Shown here: positions 30,460-43,957 of the stretch, one piece after another
Layout: each line of letters starts with the position of its first letter
Numbering within the stretch: position 1 is the stretch's first letter
Source of the DNA: Podarcis cretensis
Lineage: Eukaryota
Assembly: GCA_951804945.1 (NCBI GenBank)
Contig: OX638160.1
Location: 21,080,001-21,144,000, forward strand
Reading direction: 5' to 3'
DNA length: 64,000 nucleotides
Translations under genes and position numbers: made by a program
Notes under the pieces: generated by a model
Database searches by the model: none
Seen by the model: the letters and a program-made list of their open reading frames with translations, nothing else
What the model was told of the DNA's origin: nothing

Positions 30460-30825
30460 CAGGTGGCGCTGTGGGTTAAAGCCTCAGCTCCTAGGGCTTG
30501 CCGATCGAAAGGTCGGCGGTTCGAATCCCTGCGGCAGGGTGCGCTCCCGCTGCTCGGTCCCAGCGCCTGCCAACCTAGCAGCTCGAAAGCACCTCTGGGT
30601 GCAAGTAGATAAATAGGGACCGCTTACCAGCGGGAAGGTAAACGGCGTTTCCGTGTGCGGCTCTGGCTCTGGCTCTGGCCAGAGCAGTGATGTCACGCTG
30701 GCCACGTGACCCGGAAGTGTCTCCGGACAGCGCTGGCCCCTGGCCTCTTAAGTGAGATGGGCGCACAACCCCAGAGTCTGTCAAGACTGGCCCGTACGGG
30801 CAGGGGTACCTTTACCTTTACCTTT
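30460..30825 (+). mobile_element. Sauria SINE copy 2 (5' end clipped by the gap)
   Basis: Near-identical to the other copies. Internal (CTCTGG)3 and an (ACCTTT)n tail. Confidence 0.92.
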
Positions 30826-31580
30826 AATTTTTATTATCTTTAGAATTTTCTACAGAGATATTTTATGCATATAGTTTAGAGTCTATGTTTATTGAAAATG
30901 AATAAATGTGAATTATTTTTTATTTCTTTTAAATCGCAAGTCCTTAAGTATAAAGTGCTGGTGTAAAATATATAGAAGGCAACTCCACTGGTTGCAGCCA
31001 ACTGAATACATTAAGGATGAAATTTTATGCATATATACCTGAGATTAGGCTCCATTGAAAAAGTAGGACTTACTTATGAGTAAACATGCATGGGATTGCA
31101 CTCTTGTCTTTATGTTAAGGAAAAAATTGGGGTTATACAATGAAATTTTGCTTCATACAGGTAAAGGGAGTACTGTTTCATACAATCGATAATGAATTAA
31201 TAGATATTGTTGCCTTAAGGTGTGGTGATGGCTACATTTTTGAGTTGACTTAAAAATGGTTTGGGGCATATGGATTGAAAGAAAAGACGTAAATGATAAG
31301 GAAGGAAATATGTGAGAAATATAACTCCAGAAAACCTAAAAGAGGGAAAGAAATAGCAAATGTTTAACTTTTCTGTGGGTTTGTCTACATACTCAACATT
31401 TTTTCCATCTGACTTCATACTCTCAGTGCTTCACTAGAAGCTGATGATGAATTATATCTACATGTTCACTGCTAAATGCTTCCGTAAGTTTGTTTCTTTG
31501 CAAATGTTTCACTTGCCAACTTATGTTGTCAGACTCTACTTCTACTGCTAAGTAAACTGCTTTCTTCCATTATCTCCTAG

Positions 31581-31658
31581 ATCCATGAAAAACTGCATTA
31601 CTATGAAAAACAGAGCCCTGTGCCCATGTTGCACGGCGCATCAGCTTTGGCAGATGAT
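31581..31658 (+). CDS. MPP7: MPP7 coding exon 3 ([26 protein letters not shown])
   Basis: ctcctAG acceptor, GTAAGT donor, 78 nt, phase 0->0. Confidence 0.97.
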
Positions 31659-33589
31659 GTAAGTGTCCCTGATGAGACCATTGGCACCATATTTCCCCAA
31701 ACTGTCTGAAAGCAGAGTATAGAATCAGTATATGAATGGGACCGTGTGAGCTGGGTGTGCAAAGGTTTCCAGCGATTTGTCATCACAGGATTGCTAATGT
31801 TGTTTTGATTTTTATTAGACATGTTTCTTTTATAATAACACAGCATCTAGATAGAGTCTTGTTCAGCCTTGGTACCACAAAAGAAAAATGGCAGGTTAGA
31901 AGTCTACAGTGAAGGTGAAGCTGTTAGCTTCTGGTGTGTTATAAGAGTCATAGTCAAGAGGAATGTTTTCTAAAAATAAAGATAAATGATATAGCTGAAG
32001 TGCTGACAGAATAAGAAAAATGACTGATAATACTAAAAGAAATGAGGCTTATGAAAGATATAGGAAGGGGTTGTCAGAAAATAGCTGTTTAAAAAAGAAG
32101 CAGAGATTTATATATATTAAAGCTTTCCAAATTACTTTCATAACTAAAAACTAAAATCTAGACGGGTTGGCATTGATAGAGTATTTAATTTCCTGCTACT
32201 ATAATTTTTATTAATAAAAATCAAGCCTGCCTTTTCTGCATTATATGGTGAATTCTACAACCCTGATGAATTGTGTGCACACCTGTATAAACTATGACAG
32301 AGCTTGTGAGGTAGGCAGAATAAAAAGTAAGTTAAACTGATTTAAGTGAAACTCATGCATGCTTGACACAGTGGGAGCACACTCAAGGCTACAGTACAGG
32401 TTTTTTTACAGTACAATATTTGGTACAGTACAGTTTTTTTGTAAACAATCTATACATTGATGGTCTGTGTGGTTGCCCATTCTAATTTCTTGTAGGTAAT
32501 GGCACTCTAAAAATTTATTTGACATAATCATACACAGAATTGCTTCATGCCAGTAGAGATATAGACACAATTTTGCAGATTCACTTTCACTGTTGCTGGA
32601 AGTTCCATCATTGTGAGGTGTTGCAAAATTCAGAACAAGAATGTTTCAAACTGAGAGACTCTCTCCCGAGAACTTAAAATGTACCCTGTAATTTGTCCTT
32701 GCTTCCTTTATTCAAAAGCATGGATGGAGAATCTGTAGACCTCAAGATGATTTTAGAATCCAACTCCCCTCACCCCCAGCCAGCATGACTAGTGGTCAGG
32801 AATGAAGGGAATCATAGCCCAACAACATCTGGTGGAGTGTTAGATTCCTCATCTCTGTTCTAATCCTGTAGCAGGCATAACATGTTAAGCCTAAAACTAA
32901 TTTTCAGATGAGTTGAGTAATCCTGGCATTTGATTAACCTGTTGTATTTTCAGGGTAGTGTTTTGTGATATAGCCCATATATGATTGGGTTTCTTATTGA
33001 AGGTGATCTTTCAGCCTTTAGAATGCTTTTATATCTGGTAACCTAATACAAGCCATGTTCCTGTGATTAACTTGTCTGACATTTAACAAGCTACTTGTCT
33101 TGTGTATGTAAACATGATAAAGTTGATAATACTAGCACTCTGCTTCCTTATCCCAGCCCTAAACAGAATAGCTACTGTGGCAATTTGGAAGCAATGTGGA
33201 TTTCTCCACTTCATTCAGAAGCTGTTTTTTATAGACAGTGTCAGTGGTTGATCCAGTCATTTTTACAAGCAGCCCTTTGTCTGCACGCAAAGGACCATTC
33301 ACTCAGATGAAGTGCAGGGATTTGCCCTCATTGCTATAAATCAGAATGTGATCTGGGTGTGCTGGTGCCAGATATGATTACTTTAGTCAAACTCAGTTGA
33401 AAGACCTGGCCAGAATTTAGCATAAGGGCCAGAAGATGAAGAGTAATGATTGATAGTCTGTTTTTCTTCATGCTGAACACACTGGAAAGTAATAACCTTG
33501 AACAGGATTGATTCCTGGTTGTCACTGACACGCTGAGTAAAACAATGCTCTTGCTAATGTTCTTTGTGTCACTTCAATCCCCTTTGCAG

Positions 33590-33670
33590 CTGGCTGAAGA
33601 GCTGCAGAGCAAACCACTAAACAGTGAGATCAGAGAATTGTTGAAACTACTGTCAAAACCCAATCTCAAG
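33590..33670 (+). CDS. MPP7: MPP7 coding exon 4 (L27C: [27 protein letters not shown])
   Basis: ttgcAG acceptor, GTGAGG donor, 81 nt. Confidence 0.97.
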
Positions 33671-36600
33671 GTGAGGATGTGTTGCTTGCACCTGTTGAAA
33701 TGAACACATGGTTGCTTTGCTCAGCTTTCAAAGTCTGCTAAGGATTTTGCTGTATATTTATTGAGTCCATGTGGATATGCAAAACTGCAGGATTTCCTTA
33801 AGTAGTTTAAAAAGGGTTCTATCACACATTATGGTTAGTTATTGATATTTGCAAAACAATTGTAGTGTATGAGTGCAATTGGATATTCTGGTGGAAAAAA
33901 ATGAAGTCTGTGTTGCTTCATCAGCAGATAATCATACCTTGCATCTAAGCAGGCCTTTGGAGGAGTGCTAAGTCGAAGCAACTTCACAATTTTGTTGCAT
34001 GACAAATATGCCAAGAAGAAATATTTTGCTTGTTACCATTGTCTGCAAGACGCAGGTAGCAGCAGACTACATAGTTACAGGTAGCCTCCACTTGCTTGTA
34101 TTTGTAGCTAATTCCATTAAGACACATTTTGCACTTCTTCCTGTCCCTTGTTACTCTCTGTTCTGCTTTTTTTCTATAGGAGTGCAGAAACAAGGAGTGC
34201 TGGTAAACCGCTGTGGCACTCTTGGGAGAGAAAGTAAAATGGCATAAACAGTTGTACAGATCTAACATTGCCTGAATATGAAGGCAAGACATATGCTGCG
34301 TATAATACCTTAAGGCAGTCTCTCTTCCATACAGTTTTCTATCATAATGTACACACACACAAAAACCCCAACAACTGGGGAAACAGCCAAGTTCTTCCAT
34401 TCAATAAATTTATACTGATTAAAGATATACCTCTGTTAAATTTCAGTGTAAATTGTGCCAAGTTTAATTTTGTTTTAAAGCAAATTCCTTCTCAGTTACC
34501 ACTCTGAATAGATTTAATGAACATTTTAATAAAGCACCAAAGCTACTTTGCATATCAAATTCCATATATTCCTCAAAGGACTGTGTGCTGATATTACTTG
34601 CACCTGCCATTTCTAAGAATGGGGCAGCTCTTACAACCACTGCAGTCGCAGAGATAGCTGCTGCAGGCTATATCCCAGTAGAAGCTGGTTTACACAGAAG
34701 CCATTCCATACAATCCTGTGCATACTTCCATGGAAAGAAAATGAAGTTGTTTTGCATGTATGATGCAGCCAGAAGCTGAACTGAGTCTCCTTCTTTAAGA
34801 ATTGTCACAATAGGGTCAGCAGAGACACACATAGGTGTATTTGGCAGCTACTGCACAGTGTAGAACTCTTTGTTGCCTGGAGCCAGACAGTAAGACTTTT
34901 GGCTTTTGATAGGTAGAAATAGAGAGGGTGCAGTTCTATTGCCTCTTTAAATTGCAATTATTTATCCTTAAATCACTTGCTAGGAGTTGCAGATAAACAT
35001 ATTTACAAAGGCCCTTTATCCTCTTGCAACTCACCACCCTGGGAAATTTATCTAAATTAATTGCCTGAATATCTTAAACAGTGTTTGGGGTGGAAGCAAG
35101 TTAATTGGGCAAATTGTTGGGAAATATATTGGGGGGGGTATTTTTGTGTCCCCTAAGTGAATCCTGGGTAATCAATATGAACTGGGATTAAAATTCCAAA
35201 TAAACCATACCTTCACAGAACGACATCTAAGCCAAAGAATCTAGTGGATTTCAAAATACATGCCATCCTTTGCTGGATGATCTTCATGGTTAATTACAAG
35301 TTTTTGCTCCAAGCCAGGAAAATACTATTACACTATTGGCTTGTCTCCCCCTCAGTGGTTTCTTTTTGGCTTCAGTGGATTCATAAGAAACTTTGGGTAG
35401 ATTATTATAAGCATTAATTACAGGCCAAAGCAGAATGTTCCATGACATATTTGTTAATCATACCCTTATTTGAAACAAAGATATTACACTTTCATAGGAA
35501 GCAACTAAAATAGAAACATTATTCGTGTAAAATACACTTTGGCTGTACTGCTTAATACCAAAGAAGCCTATGGCCCTGATGCAGTAGTTGGCAAGGATAG
35601 AAGTGATCACAGTTTAACCTGCTGCAAAACCAATTATTTGTGGTTGCTGAGCTCATACGCAAAGTCTATTGAAATGCTTGTGGATTTCTGGATCTGGATG
35701 TTAATGAGGCTGGTGCATACCTGCCTGGAGGTTGTCACGAGTGTCGATAAAGTGGAAGTTGCATTGGTCTTCCCAGGATCAGTGGTCTGCCAGTGGGAGA
35801 ACTGCTCCTGCATTTGATTAGCTTTGCACTTCAGCTCCTTAAGTGTTCTACCATTATATATAAAAAGATGTTGTATGAAATGACGTACACTGTTTTGACC
35901 TGTCTCAGTTTGGTATATGAATTGCCTTTTGTGGAGTAAAACATAAGCTTCTTATGTCATATTTATTTATACATAAATAACTGGGTACTCATGGCGTGTC
36001 AGGTTGCTATGAGTGAATTTGAAAATCTGTGCACATAAATCAAGCAACAGATCTGTCTTTTTGAAAACTGTAAAGCCAGAAAACAACAAATCAAATATCT
36101 ATCTCAGATTGCTCAGGAAGGAAAAAGAAAATGACATAATTTTCCTCTTGGATGTTTTATTTTAAGAAATTAACCCTGAACTATGTACAGATCATTTAGA
36201 TGGAGCAGCAAAAATGATGTTCCCTTTATTGCAACATTTATATCTGTTACAGATTCAGGTGTCCTTTTTATTTTATATAATATCATAATTGCAGATACAA
36301 TTTGCATACAACCAGAGCAAAACAACTACAAGTAACCAAAATGCTCGTTTTCTCCTCGAAGCAATTTACAAGCCTGCAGAAATTGTCTGACTAGAGATCA
36401 TGGCAGCATATATGTCTGCTTCAGCTGTGAATGGCTCTATAATGTTATTGTTTAGGGTTTTGTTTTGTTTTATAAAAAGGAACTTGATAATTAAAGGACA
36501 GAGGATTTTATCATTGTCCCATTAGCACAATGGCCTCTACCTGTTCAACAGGGCTGCTCCCCGTCCCCCTTCAAATCTTCTCTGGAGGATTGGGAGAACC

Positions 36601-37267
36601 CTCAGAACAGCTTGGGGTGGGGGAGAAGAGAGAAAGAGAGGAAGTCTTACTGCACAGACAGAGGTCCTTTCCTTGTGCTTCGGGGATAATTTCATTGGAA
36701 ACTACCCAAAGCACCTGATGATTGAAAAACTCATTTTTATCCTTCTGAAAGAATGGAAAACTGAATTAGTAAAATGGTGGCAAGAGGTGCAGTCGGGAGG
36801 AATTTTAAACAGATGGCATGAAGTGTGAACTTTAAGAATAGCTAGACAGTCCAAAGTATCTCCTTAGGTTACTAGCCCTGAGCAGGAGGAAGCAGGAGTG
36901 TAAGAAGGCAAAAAGTCACTACTTTTGTGTTGACCATCTCTGTATGACTAACAGTTCTGACTGGTGGATGTAAAACATTCAAAATATTTTCAGGATGGGA
37001 AATTGCCTTTTTTTTGTTACAGGAAGTTACATGCAACAATAAAACTGAAATAGTTAAAGGAGAAAATAGCCTAATATGATTTCAAATAATATATATACAA
37101 ATATAAATATGCAGCTGAGTTACACTAGTGGCATTTTAATACCCCTAATCAGTATTCTTTTGACAGTATCAGGAGCAAGTAATAGCATTGGAGTGGAGTT
37201 ATTGTGACCATCCCCACTTTGTAAACTTCTGAATTAGAATTAGGAACAGGCATTTTAAATGTTTCAG

Positions 37268-37524
37268 AGAATTGTAGAGTTTGGAAGGGACAATAAGGGT
37301 CTTCTAGTCCAACCCCGCGGGACGCAGGTGGCGCTGTGGGTTAAAGCCTCAGCGCCTAGGGCTTGCCGATCGAAAGGTCGGCGGTTCGAATCCCTGCGGC
37401 GGGGTGCGCTCCCGCTGCTCGGTCCCAGCGCCTGCCAACCTAGCAGTTCGAAAGCACCTCCAGGTGCAAGTAGATAAATAGGGACCGCTTACCAGCGGGA
37501 AGGTAAACGGCGTTTCCGTGTGCG

Positions 37525-37561
<37 letters not shown>

Positions 37562-37796
37562 CCAGAGCAGCGATGTCACGCTGGCCACGTGACCCGGAAG
37601 TGTCTCCGGACAGCGCTGGCCCCTGGCCTCTTAAGTGAGATGGGCGCACAACCCCAGAGTCTGTCAAGACTGGCCCGTACGGGCAGGGGTACCTTTACCT
37701 TTTAGTCCAACCCCCTGCAGTGCTGGAATCCTTTGACCAAAAGTGGAGCTTGAACCTATTACCATGAGATTAAGAGTCTCATGCTCTACCAACTGC
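37268..37796 (-). mobile_element. tRNA-Lys-derived SINE with CR1-like 3' tail, interrupted by Sauria SINE copy 3
   Basis: The reverse complement gives GTTGGTAGAGCATGAGACTCTTAATCTC (tRNA-Lys-CTT-like) through GGGGTTGGACTAGA...TCCCTTCCAAACTCTACAATTCT. Same family as 58088-58220. Confidence 0.75.
37319..37702 (+). mobile_element. Sauria SINE copy 3
   Basis: Full length, with a 12-bp TSD TAGTCCAACCCC (37305-37316, 37703-37714) and internal (CTCTGG)6. Confidence 0.94.
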
Positions 37797-38574
37797 ATTA
37801 TTCTTCTTTACAGAACTATGCATTGTGAAATGATAAATGATCAGTGCTTTAATCTGAAAAATATTGTACCACATCTAGACATGGCAAGGTTTCTCAGTAC
37901 TCATCTCCAGCTAGATCATGTCAAAGAATTTAGTTGAACATCAATATTTATATTTAGGTAGTATAGGAATTTGAATCATACCTCCTTTAAAGTTCTAAAT
38001 ATGGAACATGTTTATATTAATGAATCATACACATAGAATTGTAGCTAAAACAAAATAACTTTTCCAGAGCTGCCTGTGTGAATATGATCTTACTTTTAGA
38101 TTGTGAAACTGGAAATGTAGAAGATTTTCCAATAGCATCCTCTGATGTAAAGACAAGTTGTAAGGTACACACAGTCTTTGTTCATGGAAAGAAAATGAAA
38201 AGATTAAAGACTTCAGCTTGCATGGGATAACTTCCTCTTTATTCATGCCTAAGGAATTTACAATTGTATTATAGTTTTGCCAAGTTTAATAAAAGGTGTC
38301 CTCCAAACCAAATGAAGGACAAGATGTAACAAATATGCTTTTGCTCTCTCCCTTCTATGTTCAAACAGTTTCAGGGTGTGTTTCCACTTTCTTTTCAAAT
38401 TGGTGTAGCTTACTCCAGCAGTAACTTAAGCAGACAAGTACTTCACTACTGTACTGTTCACACTTCCAGTTAAGAAAGAAAGTACTGTCCATAGGCTGAG
38501 ACAAGAACGTAGCACCAGACAAATGGTCAGATGTGAGCCCTGCAATAGTAATAGCAAAACTGCATAAGTGGTAA

Positions 38575-38778
<204 letters not shown>

Positions 38779-38984
38779 TAAAAAACCCCAATAACAATAA
38801 AATCATACCTGACACTCAAAAATATGAGCCGGTGTCATTGCACAGTTGTGCACAAATTATACACTAATAAGGGGGACTTTGAAATAACATTTCTGCATGT
38901 TGGAGGAAAGGTTATGAGTGTCTCTTGGAATGGGGTAGGAAATGTAGGAAATTGATGAGGTGCTAATAAATATGAGTGGTGCAC

Positions 38985-39580
38985 AAAATTTGTGCTCCAT
39001 CATGACCAGCAACCTCTTCATTGACACTGAGCTGAACAGACATATTGGTAAGGCAGCTACGGCAATGGCTTGCCTCTCCAAAAGGGTATGGGAGAATGTA
39101 ATGCAATGGCTAATACCAAGATTAAGATTGACCATGCTTACATATTAAGATCGACCATGCTTTATCGAAGTGAGTTGTGGTCAACTTATACCCTTCCAGG
39201 AGCGATGCCTCAACACTTTCCAAATACGCTGCATCAGGATGATTTTGGACATCACATGGCAGGACAGAATCTCAAAGATGTACTCTTCCAGGCCCCAATT
39301 CCCATTATGTTCACACTTCTGTCTCAGTGATATCAACCCTGGCCTGGTCATGACCACAGAATGGAAGATGGCAGGCTCCCAAGGATGTGCTTTATGGGGA
39401 GCTGGCTTCAGGCACCAGGTCCACTGGCAAATCAGCTCTGCCATATAAAGATGTCTGCAAATGTGACATGAAGGCTGGCAATTTTGTGTGGGAATCCCTT
39501 GCAGACAACTGCAGTGCCTGGAGACAGGCAGTCAGGTTGTGTATGCACAGCAGTGACCAGAGGGAGAATGACCACCAGGT
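38985..39580 (+). mobile_element. RTE-clade LINE 3' fragment (decayed RT C-terminus)
   Basis: Frameshifted peptides SNLFIDTELNRHIGKAATAM..LSKRVWEN, QERCLNTFQIRCIRMILDITWQDRI and LYGELASG..YKDVCKCDMK..WESLA...AWRQAV are typical of RTE elements. Confidence 0.85.
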
Positions 39581-40486
39581 AGTAGAAATTATTGCAGTTC
39601 AGAGATATATTCCAGCAGCTAGGGGAAAGCACTTCACCAAGGCTGGTTAGGTATATGGTCTGGGGAGAGAGGTGTGACCTGGGAAGAGTTCAGAAGGATA
39701 TATAGGGAGGCCTGGAGGGCTGCATTGGGTCTCTGAACCTGATATTCCCCACCCCTGGCTTACTGGCTCTCTGGGCTGATAGGAGATCTGATCAGATTTA
39801 GATTTCAAAATTCAGTTTCCATTTCAACCCATCTCTGTTGCCACAAATCACTGCAGAGAAAGCTTGGTGGTGGTAATTTGTAGTGTGAATGAAAGTAGTA
39901 ACTCATTCCTGTAGGCTTCCACACCAGCCATCTCCTACATATGTCTTTGTTCATGCTGCTGCACTTGTCTTGTACCTGTTTTATAATTGTAAAAACAGTT
40001 ACCGTAATGTAAGAAATATTCCACTTTTTAAAAACACTGAATCCTTCACCATGTGTTTTCCAAAGCAGTACTGAAATGTAGAATGGTTTTCAGGTCACTT
40101 AATTTTGCTTGGTGAAACTATCCAAGATTCCCCAAGATGCCTTAGTCCAAATAGTAATTACTGTGTTCTAAAGTGGGATGTTCTTTTAAGCACAGATAAT
40201 GTGGGAGATGTGGAAAACTCCTCTGAATGTAATCTTTTAAAACAAAAACAAAATCTGGCCTCTTGCAGTCTTCTATATGTAGTGTTAAGGTTTTCATTCT
40301 TCAGTACTCGAACACCTCACAAATACTTTAACACCCAGGGAATAGAGGGGTCCTGATAGCTTCATTTGTGAAGACAGGAATCTCAAATATAATTACCTTC
40401 CTCAAGTTACTGAAAGGTTGCTGGTAGAAAACTGTTCAGTGTAGCCCAGCATTAAATCATAATAATGTTTCAATTTATTTTTAAAG

Positions 40487-40568
40487 GGAGCTACTATTAA
40501 AAGGGATGAACAGACTGGAGCTGTTGTTGTGGCTCGAATAATGCGTGGAGGTGCTGCAGATAGAAGTG
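40487..40568 (+). CDS. MPP7: MPP7 coding exon 6 (PDZ: [28 protein letters not shown])
   Basis: AG / GTAAGA boundaries, 82 nt, phase 0->1. Confidence 0.97.
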
Positions 40569-41161
40569 GTAAGAATGTTTAAAAGTGTGATTGCTGGGAT
40601 GTGATGGCCAGCCTAGTGCTTCAAATGAATTCTAAATTGCTTGGTAAAAGTAGGTAATTGCATCCAGAAACCTTTTTGTGGTTTCTGCCATGTATATTAT
40701 GTTAGATTATTGTGATAGGATCTCTGATAGGATTTTGGTATTATGGATGCAATTTAGCAGTTTGAAAATTATCACGTTAGTGAAATACATTTAGAAACTC
40801 AGCAAGAAGGAAGGTATCAAATCAGCCTCTCTGTATCGCAGTTTCACAGTTGAGCACTGCTGTGCACTAAGCATTTATATTCTCTCCTGTAACAAAGATT
40901 CTCTGGGCAGAAAGATTAAAAACAATCACATTACAATAAAACTATAGTGATACTAAAATAAACAACTACAAACACAATTCTCTTTTGCCTTCCCAAAGAG
41001 AGACAGACAGAAAGACTTTGCTATAAAATTGCATTTGGGTAGAAGAGAAGTAGAAATCTGTTGTGCTTTGCGGAGTAGGAATGACCATGACTTGAAACAA
41101 CGTTAGATATGCACAATTGTATTGAACTTTAAAATGGTTATTCAATAAATATGCTCCACAG

Positions 41162-41247
41162 GTCTCATTCATGTTGGCGATGAACTTAAGGAAGTTAATG
41201 GAATTCCTGTAGCTGATAAAAAACCAGAAGAAATTATACAAATTCTG
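41162..41247 (+). CDS. MPP7: MPP7 coding exon 7 (PDZ: [28 protein letters not shown])
   Basis: ccacAG / GTAGGT boundaries, 86 nt, phase 1->0. Confidence 0.97.
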
Positions 41248-41747
41248 GTAGGTTACAAATGGAATAATTTAAGGCAGTTGATGATGAGCTTAATGGGTTG
41301 CGTTACAACCCCTGGCACATGATGGAGGCAGGAGCAAAGAACTCTGGGAGGCAGGCACAGTCCTCAGTTTTTTCCTCCTGCTTGACTTGGCCTTTCTTCT
41401 TGCATTGGTTATTTTTATATCCTTTATTTCTTGGTTCATTAACTCTTTGATGGAACAAGAGAGGCTATTTACTTCTTTATTTTATGGTTTTGTTTTTTAA
41501 AATCCATAACAATTTATACACCACTTGATTGTAAACCCTCTTAACAAACTTTTGCATAAATTATCAGAACATGTCTGTCTTTTAGGACAGAAGAGAATAT
41601 CGTAGCACAGCCTATTATAAAGAGGTACTAAGATGTTAATCACATCAAGTTTACTAGCACTACAAGTTACATTAGCTCTACCTTCCTTATTGTTTTTCTT
41701 TAACTTGTACTGAATGCTTTAATAATTTGTTTTTCACATCCTTTTAG

Positions 41748-41822
41748 TCCCAGTCGCAAGGAGCCATTACATTTAAAATTATACCCAGTATCAAAGAAGA
41801 AACTGCATCTAAAGAAGGAAAG
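41748..41822 (+). CDS. MPP7: MPP7 coding exon 8 ([25 protein letters not shown])
   Basis: ttttAG / GTAAGA boundaries, 75 nt. Confidence 0.96.
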
Positions 41823-42011
41823 GTAAGAGGTCCTTTACTTAGAAAAAGGGACTAACTGAGATTGCTGGCTGAAATATATTTTGTACCCATATGTAAATGT
41901 GTTTTACAATTGTATTTTTACACATGTTGTTTGTATGCCAATAAGCAATAAAAACGGAGACTGGGGGTTGTAATAAGACATTTAATTACAAATAAGGCCG
42001 CCTTCTTCCAG

Positions 42012-42208
42012 ATCTTCATGAAAGCTCTGTTTGACTATGATCCCAGTGAGGATAAAGCAATTCCCTGTAAAGAAGCTGGACTTCCTTTCAGAAAAGGTGA
42101 TATTCTTCAGATCATGAGCCAGGATGATGCAACTTGGTGGCAAGCCAAGCTTGAAGGTAATGCCAATCCCAGGGCAGGCTTAATTCCTTCAAAGCATTTC
42201 CAAGAAAG
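42012..42208 (+). CDS. MPP7: MPP7 coding exon 9 (SH3: [19 protein letters not shown]...WWQAK...[11 protein letters not shown])
   Basis: ttccAG / GTGAGC boundaries, 197 nt, phase 0->2. SH3 ALFDY and WW motifs are present. Confidence 0.98.
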
Positions 42209-42706
42209 GTGAGCAGTTTCTGATTTCTCTGATACTTAAAATGTGATCAGTATATCTTTGATATAATTGTTATGCCTGCACTTATGGATTATAAGGTCAA
42301 TAAACTTTCAAGTTTTGTCCTATGGTAAAATGTCTGAACTTTGTAAATTGTTGCCCAAGTAGTTTGGTTTTCTTTATTTGTCTATTCACATTAATAATGA
42401 CAAAACCGTATAGAATATTTGTGATCCACCTTGGAAAGGAAAAACATATGGAAAATAGTACTTTGGTATCTGTATCTTTATTGATGTACTATGCATGAAT
42501 AACAACTGCAGCTGTGTTTGGAGAACATAAAAAACCCTTCTAGAATTTAATTTCATAGACTTGTGAGTAGACTGTATTGTTTAGGAATATGTCTTCTAAA
42601 AATCAGGATACTTTGGAAAAGACTGATATGGAGTGTTAATCTCAAAATAGCTATGAAAATTATAAAGAGTTTTGCTTCTCTTCCCTTCCCCCAAATCATT
42701 TTATAG

Positions 42707-42771
42707 GAGGCTTGCACTAAGAAGATCAGATGTACAGGTTCAGCCCTTGAAAGTTTCCAATAGAAAATCAT
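42707..42771 (+). CDS. MPP7: MPP7 coding exon 10 (HOOK: RLALRRSDVQVQPLKVSNRKS-S)
   Basis: ttatAG / GTAAGT boundaries, 65 nt, phase 2->1. The last base is T. Confidence 0.95.
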
Positions 42772-43957
42772 GTAAGTCTGTTTAAAAATCATACTCCTTT
42801 GTTCACACAAATATGGCTTGTATCAGCTCTTTTTAAGATATGGCGCTGGTATCTTCAGATATATCAGCAGGCCAAAACCTGTGATGCTGTAGGAATGGGA
42901 TTTTCGTTAAAGAAAATGGCTTACCCCCGCTTCCGACATCAATACTTATGCAAAACCTATTCCCTACAGTGAATAAAATAATAAATATGGCAATCTCTAA
43001 TTATTGGAAAGGCATTCTTAATGACTCACTGGGTATTTAAATACTACACAAAGGGGACACATGTGAAGTCAGTGCTTTTTTCAGGTTCAACCATCTACTT
43101 TTGAAGCATAGTCCAACAATATCTGGAGGTTGAGTGAAGCTGCTTTGGAGTATGTTTTTAGAACATATCAATAAATATCAGGCTGATATATGATCTATTA
43201 CCACTCATATGCTTATCAAATTTTCTATCTGCTTTTCTTATTAGAACTGAATTGGACTTATAAGAAGTGGCATATATAAGGCATATGTTTTAAAATGTAG
43301 CAAGAATATTCTAGCAAGTACTTTTTCTGTGTGCCTAATTAGAATTATATCAAAAGCAAATGATGTGAAAGCCCAGTATCTCTCATCATGGACTAAAAAT
43401 AGCATGTTTGAAGGTTTCAGAGTTCTAGTTTTTTTAAAAACACAGTAGTTCATTTTTCTATAGAACAAAGACAGTAACATTACTCTAAACCAAATCATTT
43501 TATTGGTGTACTTGAAGTTGGACAGCAAGATGATGAGCCACTTTCTGTAAGGTTTTGGAAAATTAATATAAAATGGTTGCATGGAATTATGTGTGTGTGT
43601 TGCGGGTCAGGAGCATGGAGAAGCAGTCATTTATATTTGTGAACTAGCTCTATTTCTGACATAGGATAGCACTGGACTACATTTGCATGAAATTGGTGAC
43701 ATTTGTTATATGGTGTAACTTATGCACGTGTCCTTAAATTTGTCATTCATTTGATGTAATATGTCTTCAAAAGAGAGCATGAACCATCAGTAATTAAAAT
43801 CAGTTAGACTAATACTGGCCAAAACACCTTCTATCCAACAGAACCATGATTTTTACCATGGTAGTATGCTTTTATATTTAAGCTGTATCACATGTGTTCT
43901 CATTCATATGACTAATAATAATTTAATATTGTTAATCCATAATTAGCATTGTGTAAT

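Noticed and set aside
37259-37705. Recurrent ORFs containing PEPEPE / ARARAR / LWLWLW (also at 30484-30784 and 43987-44352)
   Set aside because: They are translations of GC-rich SINE copies with an internal hexamer repeat.
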